Source of the DNA: a virus
DNA: 64,000 nt
Direction: 5' to 3' (one strand)
IMG/VR virus record: IMGVR_UViG_3300046455_000317
Location: 3,003 to 67,002 of that record
This document shows, in pieces, positions 37,077 through 46,264 of this stretch. Made by a program: the position numbers and the translations under genes. Within the stretch, counting starts at the first letter, position 1. Every line of letters begins with the position of its first letter. Below the pieces are notes generated by a model. It saw only the letters and a program-made list of their open reading frames with translations. It was not told the origin of the DNA and made no database searches.

Positions 37077-38290
37077 TGCGGCGTTTGCTCTGGATTGGCG
37101 ATGCGGCGTGCCCTAGCGGTTTCGCCAAGGGCACCCACGGTGTGCTTGACTACCTCGATTATCGCGCCAATCCCGCGAACCCAAACCCATGGGATGTGAC
37201 GGTCTTGGGTATCAACTATCGGGGTGACCCCCATGAATACCCATACCCAATCTTTGCTGCTGGTGCTGGTGGGGACGGCTTTGGGATTGGTCGCACGGTT
37301 TGGATGTGCGATCACGTGCTTCCTACGGCGATTGCTATCCAACAGGACCCATGGAACTTCCCGGCGTATCTCAACCTTCTCCAGACGATCCCAGAGTACA
37401 AGGATGTTCCTGTCGTCGGTTTTGTGGCTGTCGATGGGCTCAACTGTCGCGGGATGGACCTCGAAGGGTTGAGATTGGCCGTCTTCTGGACCCAGTTTGG
37501 GAAGGAACAGGCTGTCCTTGGTGGGTATACAGGCCCATCCGCTGTGGTTCCGCTTGGGGTGGACCTGTCGGTTTACACCCCAGGAAACCAACAGGAAGCC
37601 CGGCGCGAGATGGGTTTCCCAGAGAAGATGGCGAATGCCTTTGTGGTTGGGAATGTGAATCGGAACCAGCCCAGGAAACGGCTGGACCTTACCATTCGGT
37701 ATTTCGCAGAGTTCTGGAAGTCGATGGACCGGCCGGCCAACGTGTTCCTGTACCTCCACGTGGCGCCGACTGGGGACAACGGCTACAACGTCAAGCAGCT
37801 GTGCCAATACTATGGGATACTCTCCCAACTGGTCCTCATGGAGCCGTCTGCGTGGTATGGGGAGTCTGAGGAGCGAATGGTTCAAACCTATCGCACCTTT
37901 GACCTCCAGGTAACCACGACCCAAGGCGAGGGTGATGGCCTGACGACCAAGGAGGGCATGGCCTGCGGAATCCCGCAGATTGTCCCAGAGTGGGCGGCAC
38001 TTGGGGAGTGGGCGAAAGGCTATGCCGTCACGGTCCCATGTACCTCGACAGCCGCGACGATTGGCCGCGCCAACGCGATTGGGGGCATTCCGGATGAAGC
38101 CATCTTCGTCCAGCGTCTCCGGAACCTGTATGGGAACCGGGCGATGCGGATCGCGGTGGCGGAGAAGTGTTTGGAGTGCGTCGCCCAACCTCAGTATCGT
38201 TGGGAAGCGGTTGGGCGTGGGTTTGCTGATGCCCTCGATGCGGAGCTTGTCCCCAGACAGATTTCTCTCCTCCAGGAGCAAGAGGCGTGA
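37076..38290 (+). CDS. Glycosyltransferase (GT-B, GT4-like)
   Basis: LLWIGD..SGF, VPLGVD, GNVNRNQPRKRLD, GEGDGL..KEGMACGIPQI. Confidence 0.9.
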   Translation: MRRLLWIGDAACPSGFAKGTHGVLDYLDYRANPANPNPWDVTVLGINYRGDPHEYPYPIFAAGAGGDGFGIGRTVWMCDHVLPTAIAIQQDPWNFPAYLNLLQTIPEYKDVPVVGFVAVDGLNCRGMDLEGLRLAVFWTQFGKEQAVLGGYTGPSAVVPLGVDLSVYTPGNQQEARREMGFPEKMANAFVVGNVNRNQPRKRLDLTIRYFAEFWKSMDRPANVFLYLHVAPTGDNGYNVKQLCQYYGILSQLVLMEPSAWYGESEERMVQTYRTFDLQVTTTQGEGDGLTTKEGMACGIPQIVPEWAALGEWAKGYAVTVPCTSTAATIGRANAIGGIPDEAIFVQRLRNLYGNRAMRIAVAEKCLECVAQPQYRWEAVGRGFADALDAELVPRQISLLQEQEA

Positions 38291-38682
38291 TTACCTGGAA
38301 GGGTGTCGAGGAGATGTCGCGAAAGATTCTTGCCGTCGCTGGGAAGTTCCCAGATGAGGTCTTACGCGCACTGTTCCAGGAAGCCCAGATCGAAGTCACT
38401 GAGATGAAGAGACGCTGCCCGGTAGACACCTCGGAGGATGCGCCTCATCCTGGGAACCTCCGGGCGTCCATCCATGCGGAGCGCCCAGAACGCAATGGGC
38501 GGAAGTTGATCCAGATGTTTGCGACGGGCGTTCAGGCCCCATACGCGGTCTACGTCCATGAAGACCCGGATGCGTTCCATCCCATCGGACAGTGGAAGTT
38601 TATGGAGAGCGTGTTGAACGAGTCGGGCCCATATATGATTCAGCGTGTTGGGGCGCGAGTCACTTTCAATAGGGCGGCGTGA
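38287..38682 (+). CDS. HK97 gp10-like neck protein
   Basis: CPVDT..GNLRAS, YAVYVHE, GQWKFME. Confidence 0.8.
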   Translation: MITWKGVEEMSRKILAVAGKFPDEVLRALFQEAQIEVTEMKRRCPVDTSEDAPHPGNLRASIHAERPERNGRKLIQMFATGVQAPYAVYVHEDPDAFHPIGQWKFMESVLNESGPYMIQRVGARVTFNRAA

Positions 38683-39089
38683 TGCCTTTCCTTGATGAGA
38701 TTGCCGACCGAATTGTCTCCCAAGGCGCTGGGGTCATCGGTCAGAATCTGTTTCTCAGTACCAAGGCGAGTATCCCAAGCGGTTCTGGGCCGTATACCAC
38801 GCTCATCGAGAGTGGGGGCACGACCTCCAGACGGACCCATAATGGGACGGCTACCCAACGTCCCAGCGCGCAGATCGTCGTGCGAGCGTCAACGTATCCA
38901 ATAGCGAGAGCCCAAGCAGTTCTGGTCTATGAGGCGCTTGGGGGCGACAACGGGTTGCATAACACCGTTCTCATGGGGACGTTCTACCAGTACATCGTTC
39001 CCATTCAGCAGATCAACGATTTGGGCTTGGACGAATTGGCCCGGCCCAGATTGGTATTCAACATCAACGCAGAAAAGGTTCCATCTTGA
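38679..39089 (+). CDS. Tail terminator/minor structural protein
   Basis: Position; RPSAQIVVRA, LGLDE..RP..VFN. Confidence 0.75.
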   Translation: MMPFLDEIADRIVSQGAGVIGQNLFLSTKASIPSGSGPYTTLIESGGTTSRRTHNGTATQRPSAQIVVRASTYPIARAQAVLVYEALGGDNGLHNTVLMGTFYQYIVPIQQINDLGLDELARPRLVFNINAEKVPS

Positions 39090-39104
39090 GAAGGAGAGTG
39101 AGTA

Positions 39105-39557
39105 ATGGGAGCACAGGCAAAGTCCGGCCACGGCGCACTTATCGCGTGGCAGCCAAGCGGCTCTGGGGCGTTCGTCACTATCGCGGAACTCCGCGATCTG
39201 ACGACCCCAGGACTGTCGCGGAATGAGTTCGACGCCACCACGCAGAACGTCGATATCGACACCTACGTTCTGGGCGTGCTACGTCGTGAGGCGCTGTCCT
39301 TCTCGATGAACTTCATCGAATCGGGCGAGCCCACGCACGACCACATCACCGGCATCCAGAAGGGCATCATCGACAACCTGATGACCGGCTGGCGGTATTC
39401 GTTCCCCAACGGTCTCCAGTGGATCATGTCCGGTCAGGTCCAGGCGATCAAGATGACTGACCCCGTCGATGGTCTCCAGTCGGCTGACGTGACGATCCGG
39501 ATGTCCGGCGTGATGTCGATTGCCGGCCAAGTGATCGGAGCCGGGGCAGGCGGTTAG
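39105..39557 (+). CDS. Major tail tube protein (lambda gpV-like)
   Basis: FVTIAEL..PGLSR..DAT, WRYSFP, VTIRMSG. Confidence 0.85.
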   Translation: MGAQAKSGHGALIAWQPSGSGAFVTIAELRDLTTPGLSRNEFDATTQNVDIDTYVLGVLRREALSFSMNFIESGEPTHDHITGIQKGIIDNLMTGWRYSFPNGLQWIMSGQVQAIKMTDPVDGLQSADVTIRMSGVMSIAGQVIGAGAGG

Positions 39558-39561
39558 GCAT

Positions 39562-39641
39562 TGCCGGCACATCGAGGGAGCATGATTGGTGCTACAACTG
39601 GGCTACCCTACAGGCCCGGTTCCAATCATGCTTCCTAGCTG
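39562..39641. repeat. Palindromic intergenic element, copy 3
   Basis: TGCCGGCAC..GGAGCATGATTGG..CTGGGCTACCCTACAGG..CCAATCATGCTTCCTAGCTG. Confidence 0.85.
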
Positions 39642-39689
39642 GTTCTCGTGAGCTTGTTTGGAGGCACCGTGAAAAGAGGAGACATCGCT

Positions 39690-40034
39690 ATGGCAGATGA
39701 ACCGAAAGTCTTTGAAACGATGGACGAAATCCTGGCCGCGCCAGATGTGGAGTATGCCGTCATCGAGGGTTGGAACGGCTCCATTCGCATCGGCTCACTC
39801 TCGGCTGGGGACATGATCGAGTGGTCGGAAGCCAACGAGGGTGAAGCCAAGCGCACCGCTGGGCTCCGACTGATCGTCAAATCCATCGTCAACTCCAAGG
39901 GCGAACGCATTGGAAACGACAAGCACATCCCCATGCTCCGCGCCAAGAGCCACAAGGTCACCGAGAAGATTGTGCGTGAAATCCTCCGGCTCAATGGGAT
40001 GAATACCAAGGTGGACGAGCCAAAAAAAGACTGA
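39690..40034 (+). CDS. Tail assembly chaperone (gpG-like)
   Basis: Between tail tube and tape measure; ends at a slippery A-run. Confidence 0.82.
   Translation: MADEPKVFETMDEILAAPDVEYAVIEGWNGSIRIGSLSAGDMIEWSEANEGEAKRTAGLRLIVKSIVNSKGERIGNDKHIPMLRAKSHKVTEKIVREILRLNGMNTKVDEPKKD
40022..40029 (+). other. Programmed -1 frameshift site (A AAA AAA G)
   Basis: CCA AAA AAA GAC TGA; the -1 frame is open (RLTRNPARRFAYQM...) and joins ORF 40067-40438. Confidence 0.8.
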
Positions 40035-40438
40035 CGCGTAATCCTGCCAGGCGGTTCGCGTACCAGATGGCCGTGCGGTTGGGGAGAGTGAATGTTGATG
40101 CGATGCTCCGCAGCCTCACGGCCAAGCAGTTCGCAGAGTGGCAGGCTTACGCGCGACTGGAACCGTTTGGGGAGACGCGGGCAGATTGGCGTGCCGCTTC
40201 CATCTCCAAGGCGATATTCGACCAGACCCAGAAGCTCACCGATACGTTGTTCGCTGTTAATGGGGCGGAGAAGAGCAAGCGCCCCAAGATGGTTGCTACC
40301 AAATTGGATGATTTCTTGTTGACTTGGAAGGAGGCAGAATCCACGCCGCCCAAGGAGAGGAAGCGCCAGACCTGGCAGGAACAACTCGCCATCGTGGAGA
40401 TGATCGTGCACGCCCATTCGGTTCCTGGGAAGAATTAG
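40028..40438 (+). CDS. Tail assembly chaperone frameshift extension (gpT-like)
   Basis: LTAKQFAEWQAY..LEPFGE.RADWR. Confidence 0.8.
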   Translation, partial: RLTRNPARRFAYQMAVRLGRVNVDAMLRSLTAKQFAEWQAYARLEPFGETRADWRAASISKAIFDQTQKLTDTLFAVNGAEKSKRPKMVATKLDDFLLTWKEAESTPPKERKRQTWQEQLAIVEMIVHAHSVPGKN

Positions 40439-43400
40439 ATGGATATAGGAACACTCACCGGCTACATCATCCTCGAAGACAATCTGACGCCAGCGTTGGC
40501 GACAGCCCAGAAGAGTCTTGAGACGTTTGGGAGAGGCGCGAAGGATGCTGGTATTGCCCTTACAGCCGGTCTTTCAGTTCCCATCGCTGCGGTTGGGGGA
40601 TTCGCGATCAAAGCCGCCATAGACTTTGAGTCGTCTTTCGCCGGTGTTCGTAAGACAGTGGATGGCGCCGTCGATGACTTTGGGAATCTTACCAAAGTGG
40701 GCGCGGATTTACAGAATGCATTCCGAGGGTTAGCCAAGGAAATCCCGGTCAGCGTCAATGAGCTCAACGCCATCGCGGAAGCTGGCGGACAGTTAGGCGT
40801 CAAGAGCCAAGATCTGGTTTTGTTTACCCGCACCATGGCCGACATGGGCGTGGCTACCAACCTTTCCTCCGATCAAGCGGCGACCAGTCTCGCCCAGATC
40901 GCGAACATTATTAACAACGAAGCCGGTCCCCAGTATGATCGTTTGGGCGCCACCGTTGTTGACTTAGGTAACAAATCGGCCGCGACAGAATCTGATATCG
41001 TTGAATTTGGTCTCCGTCTGGCAGGCGCTGGTAAAGTCGCCGGCATGTCTGAGCCGGAAATCTTGGGGATTGGTTCTGCCCTCGCGTCCGTGGGTATCAA
41101 CGCTGAGGCCGGTGGCTCTGCCTTCTCCAAGGTAATGATCCAACTGGCGACGGCAGCCGACCAAGGTGGCGCCAAGCTTGAGAGCTTTGCGACAGTCGCT
41201 GGGGTCTCCGCCGATACGTTCAAGAAGAAGTTTGAGACCGATGCCGCTGGCGCTCTCACGATGTTCGTCCAGGGTCTGGGGAAGGTTGAGGCCCAAGGTG
41301 GGAGTCTCTTTGGGACCCTCGAACAGTTGGGGATCACCGAGCAGCGCATGCGAGATGCCCTCCTCCGGACGGCTGGGGCGGGTGACCTTCTCGCCCAGTC
41401 GATCAAGGATGGGCGAGCCGCTTGGGAGGCGAACACTGCACTAACCAAGGAAGCGGAACAACGCTACAAGACCACTGAGTCCCAACTCCAGTTACTTGGG
41501 AATAAACTGAACGATGTAGCCATCACCCTTGGGTCAGCGTTACTCCCCATCGTCATTGATCTCGTGAAAGCGTTGGAGCCGTTGATCGCGCATCTGGCGG
41601 ATGCAGCCAGGTGGTTCGCGGATTTACCTGCGCCTATCAAATACGTCACCATCGGCTTCCTCGCCATCGTGGCGGCGATTGGGCCCATGTTGATTGGCCT
41701 GGGGTTGATGGCGAGCGGTTGGGCGGCGATTATCCCACTCTTTGCCGCTGGGACGGTTGGGGGCACTGCCCTCGCTGGAACGATGACGTTCCTGAATTCC
41801 ACGCTCATCCCACTCGCTGTGACGTTGGCGCCGTTTGTCCTCGCCTTGGGCGCGCTCTACTACGCGGTCAACCAACTCATCCCAGCGTTCCATGGGCTCG
41901 CCACGGCTTGGGCGGAAGGAAAGACATGGGAGTTCCTGAGTGCGAGGGATGAAGACAACTTCGTCCGTCGTTGGTTGGGGATGTCTACCGGGGTGAAGAC
42001 GGCGAAGGATGGGATTCTCCCAGATATCAAAGCCATCAATGAGGCTGTTGCGGGATTGGCCGACCAACGGACCTCGGTCAACCCAGATCTTTCCAAACTG
42101 GAAAGTGCGCTCAAGAAGGCGGCTGACGAGGGTGAACTCACCGCGCCCATCATCGAGGATGTTGGGAATGCGATGAAGGCCGCTGGGCTTCACGCCAACA
42201 AGTCAACGCCCTATCTCTTGGCGGTTGCGGATCAATTGGCGGCTGTCGCGGCCGCAGGGAAACCAGCCGCGAAAGTGGTGGCGGAGACGGTAACTGAGGA
42301 ACAGAAAGCGGCCAAGGCAGCTGCTGATATGCAGCGCCAATTGGAGACACTCCGCAAAGAGGGACTGACTCCACTTACTGCCGCCCAGAAGACGTACATT
42401 ACTGAAGCCAAGAGGCTTGGGGATGAAGAATCCAACATCGCCAAGGTCACTGGCGTAAGTGAGCGTGCGATTCGTGCTTACTTGGACGCCAGTAAGGAAG
42501 CCGCCAAGAAGACTGAGGAGCACGCGAAGGCTGTCGCCAAGATGACGTCAGCCTATGAGGGGACCAACAAAGAACTCCATGAGTTGCCTAACTCCGTGCG
42601 TTGGGTGATTGAGGCCCAACTCAAAGCGGGCAAGAGTGTCGCGGATGTTGCCAAAGCCTACAACTTGACTGAGGAGACGGTCCAGGCTGTTGGCGATCAG
42701 ATGAAGATGCTGATTGACCTCCACGCGTTTGAGGCGTCGGCTTTGGGTATCACTGAGAGCACCCTTGGGAAAGTGAGTCGAGCAGAAGAGGAATACCTGA
42801 AGCTCTTGGGGCAGAACGTCACGCTGTATGCGACGTTGTCCCCAGCGCATCAGAAGGAAATTGATTTCTACCGGACCCAAACAAAAGCCACGGAAGCTCA
42901 GATCGCGGCGGCCATCGACCGGCTGCGCGTCTTGGAGTTGTTGGCGAGGGTGGAGAACGCGAGCAATGCTGGCTTACTGAGTGCGTTGACGTCCATAGGT
43001 GAGAAGGTCAACGTGATGGATACGTTGACCCTCGGCCAACAGGCTTACGTCCGAGAGGTTAAGAACACGACTGACGCCGTCGATGGGTGGGCGAGTGCGA
43101 TGTCTGCGGTTGGTGGAGCGTTCCCAGATACCTCGAAGTTTGGGAAAGCGATTGCGGGCATCGGCCAAGCGTTTACTGTCGCATCCGCGAGCCAGAAAGC
43201 GGCTGAGCGTGTCGCCAACAGATACAATGCGACTCGTGGGGTGAATCCTCCTGCGGGAGCCGATTGGGGTTATGGGAGCGTTGCGTTTGGCCCTGGTTCG
43301 ACACCTGGGGAGCGAGCCGGTGCTGTCGGACAGATCGCGTCGTCGTCTATCAGCGGTTATTACAACGCTCGTGGGGCACTCGACCAGGCGAGCCGCGTGG

Positions 43401-46264
43401 ATCGCACGCTTGGGATGGCTCAAACTGGCGCCCAAGTTGGTAGCGCCTTCGGTCCCCAAGGTGCCCTCATCGGGATGGGCGTTGGTGCGATTATTGGCGC
43501 GGTCTCTGAAGACCCAGGATGGGCGAAGGCCCAACACGCCGTTGCAGAAGCCTTTGGCGTTGAGATTTCAGAGGAATTAGGTCGCACGATTGCGGACAGT
43601 GCGGAGGAACTTGGAGGGAGGATCTACGGCATCTGGGATAACTTGGGAGCGATTATTTCAGAAGCTGGTGGGCTGGATGATGCGAATCTTGGTGACTATG
43701 AGGGCCATCTCATAGGGATGATGGAGGCTGTTAAGCAAGGAAACTTGGACGCGGCCATCGCCGTGGATACGCTGGATGAGACCTGGTCCCAGTTCGTGGA
43801 GGCTGGTACGTCTGACGTCGGTGTACTAAACCAGGCCTTGGTAAGTATCATCGACTACATGAATGAATTGGGCGTAGAAAGTCAAGCGGTCACTGCGTAT
43901 CTGGGAGCGCAGGGCCAAGCTGGTGCAAGTGCGTTTGGCGATGCGATGACCGTTGGGGGTGGCGCCATAACGGAACGGCTCCGACTGACGACCGAACTCC
44001 AAGTGGCGGAATCGGATCTCATGTTAGCGCGAGAGGATGGGAGCCAACGGTCCAAGGAGCAAGCGGAGGAGCTTGAAGCCAAGATTGAGGGTTTGAACGA
44101 GCAATTGGCCGTTCAAAACGGTATCATAGCAGCGACAGCCTTATCGTCCCAGGCAGCGGCGGATGCTATCGCGGCTGGAGTCGCGGCTGACTTCGACGCG
44201 ATGATAAACTCTGGGATGTCCTTCCATGACGCGGTGGAAGCGATTCAGCCAGCCATCGAGGGACTCCAACTTCAGATAACAGAGGCCGGTCTTACTGGGA
44301 GTGAGGTCTTTGATGTCCTCCAGGAGCAAGTGGCGCTCTACTCTGACGCTGTCGCTGGGCCCGCACTGACCGCCGTAGATGGTTTGTCTGCTGGGATGGT
44401 TAACCTCAGTAACATGGGGCAATTGAACCAAACGTCGTTTGCTGCACTGTCCGGGCAAATCGGATCCACGTTTGAATCGCTGGTTGCCCAAGGCAACGAT
44501 AGCGAAGTGGTAATGATTGGAATGAAGGATTCTATCCAACGGATGTGGGAGGAGCAACAGGAGTTTGGCTTCCATACGGACGAAGCGACCCAGGCGTTGA
44601 TCGACGAAGCTGTCGCCCAAGGGGTTGTGGGTGAGAAGCATAAGTCTATCTCAGACCAGATGTTGGACGCCACGAATCGTATCGCGGGTGCTATGGAAGG
44701 TCTTGCGAGAGCGATGGGCGTTGACATCCCAAATGCAGCGAACAATGCCGCGTATACGACGCGTGGCGCCGCTGACTCCATGGAGAGGGACTGGAACCGC
44801 GTCCATGATGCCGCGACTGGGGCCGCTGAAGGACACTCACCCTCTGGGATCAAGCAAGTCACCGTTCGCACTGCTGAAGCCCAACACGCGGTTGAAGTCG
44901 CGGCAGGCCAGATGATTGCGGCGTTCGGCCAGATCTTCCTCGTAGTGACTGGCTTGGGCGATGCGGTAATGGATACGTTTGAGAGCGTCCACCAACAGAT
45001 CGTGGATTACCAGAACGTCGATGCTGCGATTAGGTCATTGACCGTCGCCCAAAAGAACTTCATCGAGCTTGCTTTGGTATCTGGGGTATCAATTGCAGAT
45101 ATCGCTGCATTGCTTGGTACGAGCACTATTGCGATTCAGTCTTATGTGGACGCCAATAAGAAGGCAGCTGCTGCAGTGGCAGCGACAGCGGCAGCGACCG
45201 CTCAACACGCCCAGGTGATTGCAGATATCAACCAAGCCATAGCGGACCATGCGGATGCCGCAAATGCTATGGCAAGACTCACCGCCGGGCAGCGAAGTTT
45301 CATCGACAGTGCGATTGCCGCTGGCGTCTCAGTGAGTACGCTCGCTGGGGCATTAGGCACAACTGTTGAGGCCATTAGTCTCTATGTGGCCGCCCAGAAG
45401 GCAGCCGCTGACGCGGCTGATGCAACGGCTGCAGCGACCGCCAGGCACGTGGAGGTGGTCGAGGGCATTATCAAGGCCGTGGCAAACTACAAGGGCGCAG
45501 CCGATGAGATGGCGAAGCTCACCGCTGACCAACAGATTTTCATTACTGATGCCCTCCAGGCTGGGGTCTCGGTCAGTTCCCTCGCGGAAGCGTTGGGGAC
45601 AACGGTTGACGCTATCAACCTCTATGTGGCCGCCCAGAAAGCGGCAGCGGATGCCTCGAAAGCGACTGAGAAGGCGGCATTGGATGCAGCAGCTGCGGCT
45701 GCCAAGGAAGCCCAGAAGATTACGGACATTAACACCGCCATAGCGCAGAACAAAGGTGCTGCGGATGAGGCCGCGAAGTTCACGGAGGACCAGCGCACCT
45801 TCATCAAGGATGCCGTGGACGCGGGTGTCTCTGTAGCCGCTCTGGCTGACGTGATGGATACGACAACGTATGCGATCCAATACTTCATCGACTCCCAGAG
45901 GAAGATAACTGGCGCCCAGGAACCGACCATCGCACCGCCGCTGACTGGGTCCGAGGCATTTGAGCGTTGGCGAGAAGACTACAGCAGAAGTGTGGCGTCA
46001 CCCGTGGAATACTATGCGACTGGCGCGGATGTTATTCCATTCCCCAGCCGTGGGACGGATACCGTGCCCGCCATGTTGACCCCAGGCGAGGGTGTTCTCA
46101 CCGTCGAACAGAACAAAGAATACCACCAGACCATCGAGGGTCCGTCCAACCAGGAAGTCGTGGACGCCGTTAATGGGCTCCGCGTAGACATGACGACTAA
46201 GATGCCTCGCGCGTTGGCGCGCTCGCTCCATACCGGGCTTGTTGGGCTGAGGACGGCGTCATAG
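40439..46264 (+). CDS. Tape measure protein (1941 aa)
   Basis: TP901-type N-terminal domain (FESSFAGVRKT), Ala/Gly-rich, hydrophobic segments, C-terminal GTDTVPAMLTPGE. Confidence 0.93.
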   Translation: MDIGTLTGYIILEDNLTPALATAQKSLETFGRGAKDAGIALTAGLSVPIAAVGGFAIKAAIDFESSFAGVRKTVDGAVDDFGNLTKVGADLQNAFRGLAKEIPVSVNELNAIAEAGGQLGVKSQDLVLFTRTMADMGVATNLSSDQAATSLAQIANIINNEAGPQYDRLGATVVDLGNKSAATESDIVEFGLRLAGAGKVAGMSEPEILGIGSALASVGINAEAGGSAFSKVMIQLATAADQGGAKLESFATVAGVSADTFKKKFETDAAGALTMFVQGLGKVEAQGGSLFGTLEQLGITEQRMRDALLRTAGAGDLLAQSIKDGRAAWEANTALTKEAEQRYKTTESQLQLLGNKLNDVAITLGSALLPIVIDLVKALEPLIAHLADAARWFADLPAPIKYVTIGFLAIVAAIGPMLIGLGLMASGWAAIIPLFAAGTVGGTALAGTMTFLNSTLIPLAVTLAPFVLALGALYYAVNQLIPAFHGLATAWAEGKTWEFLSARDEDNFVRRWLGMSTGVKTAKDGILPDIKAINEAVAGLADQRTSVNPDLSKLESALKKAADEGELTAPIIEDVGNAMKAAGLHANKSTPYLLAVADQLAAVAAAGKPAAKVVAETVTEEQKAAKAAADMQRQLETLRKEGLTPLTAAQKTYITEAKRLGDEESNIAKVTGVSERAIRAYLDASKEAAKKTEEHAKAVAKMTSAYEGTNKELHELPNSVRWVIEAQLKAGKSVADVAKAYNLTEETVQAVGDQMKMLIDLHAFEASALGITESTLGKVSRAEEEYLKLLGQNVTLYATLSPAHQKEIDFYRTQTKATEAQIAAAIDRLRVLELLARVENASNAGLLSALTSIGEKVNVMDTLTLGQQAYVREVKNTTDAVDGWASAMSAVGGAFPDTSKFGKAIAGIGQAFTVASASQKAAERVANRYNATRGVNPPAGADWGYGSVAFGPGSTPGERAGAVGQIASSSISGYYNARGALDQASRVDRTLGMAQTGAQVGSAFGPQGALIGMGVGAIIGAVSEDPGWAKAQHAVAEAFGVEISEELGRTIADSAEELGGRIYGIWDNLGAIISEAGGLDDANLGDYEGHLIGMMEAVKQGNLDAAIAVDTLDETWSQFVEAGTSDVGVLNQALVSIIDYMNELGVESQAVTAYLGAQGQAGASAFGDAMTVGGGAITERLRLTTELQVAESDLMLAREDGSQRSKEQAEELEAKIEGLNEQLAVQNGIIAATALSSQAAADAIAAGVAADFDAMINSGMSFHDAVEAIQPAIEGLQLQITEAGLTGSEVFDVLQEQVALYSDAVAGPALTAVDGLSAGMVNLSNMGQLNQTSFAALSGQIGSTFESLVAQGNDSEVVMIGMKDSIQRMWEEQQEFGFHTDEATQALIDEAVAQGVVGEKHKSISDQMLDATNRIAGAMEGLARAMGVDIPNAANNAAYTTRGAADSMERDWNRVHDAATGAAEGHSPSGIKQVTVRTAEAQHAVEVAAGQMIAAFGQIFLVVTGLGDAVMDTFESVHQQIVDYQNVDAAIRSLTVAQKNFIELALVSGVSIADIAALLGTSTIAIQSYVDANKKAAAAVAATAAATAQHAQVIADINQAIADHADAANAMARLTAGQRSFIDSAIAAGVSVSTLAGALGTTVEAISLYVAAQKAAADAADATAAATARHVEVVEGIIKAVANYKGAADEMAKLTADQQIFITDALQAGVSVSSLAEALGTTVDAINLYVAAQKAAADASKATEKAALDAAAAAAKEAQKITDINTAIAQNKGAADEAAKFTEDQRTFIKDAVDAGVSVAALADVMDTTTYAIQYFIDSQRKITGAQEPTIAPPLTGSEAFERWREDYSRSVASPVEYYATGADVIPFPSRGTDTVPAMLTPGEGVLTVEQNKEYHQTIEGPSNQEVVDAVNGLRVDMTTKMPRALARSLHTGLVGLRTAS

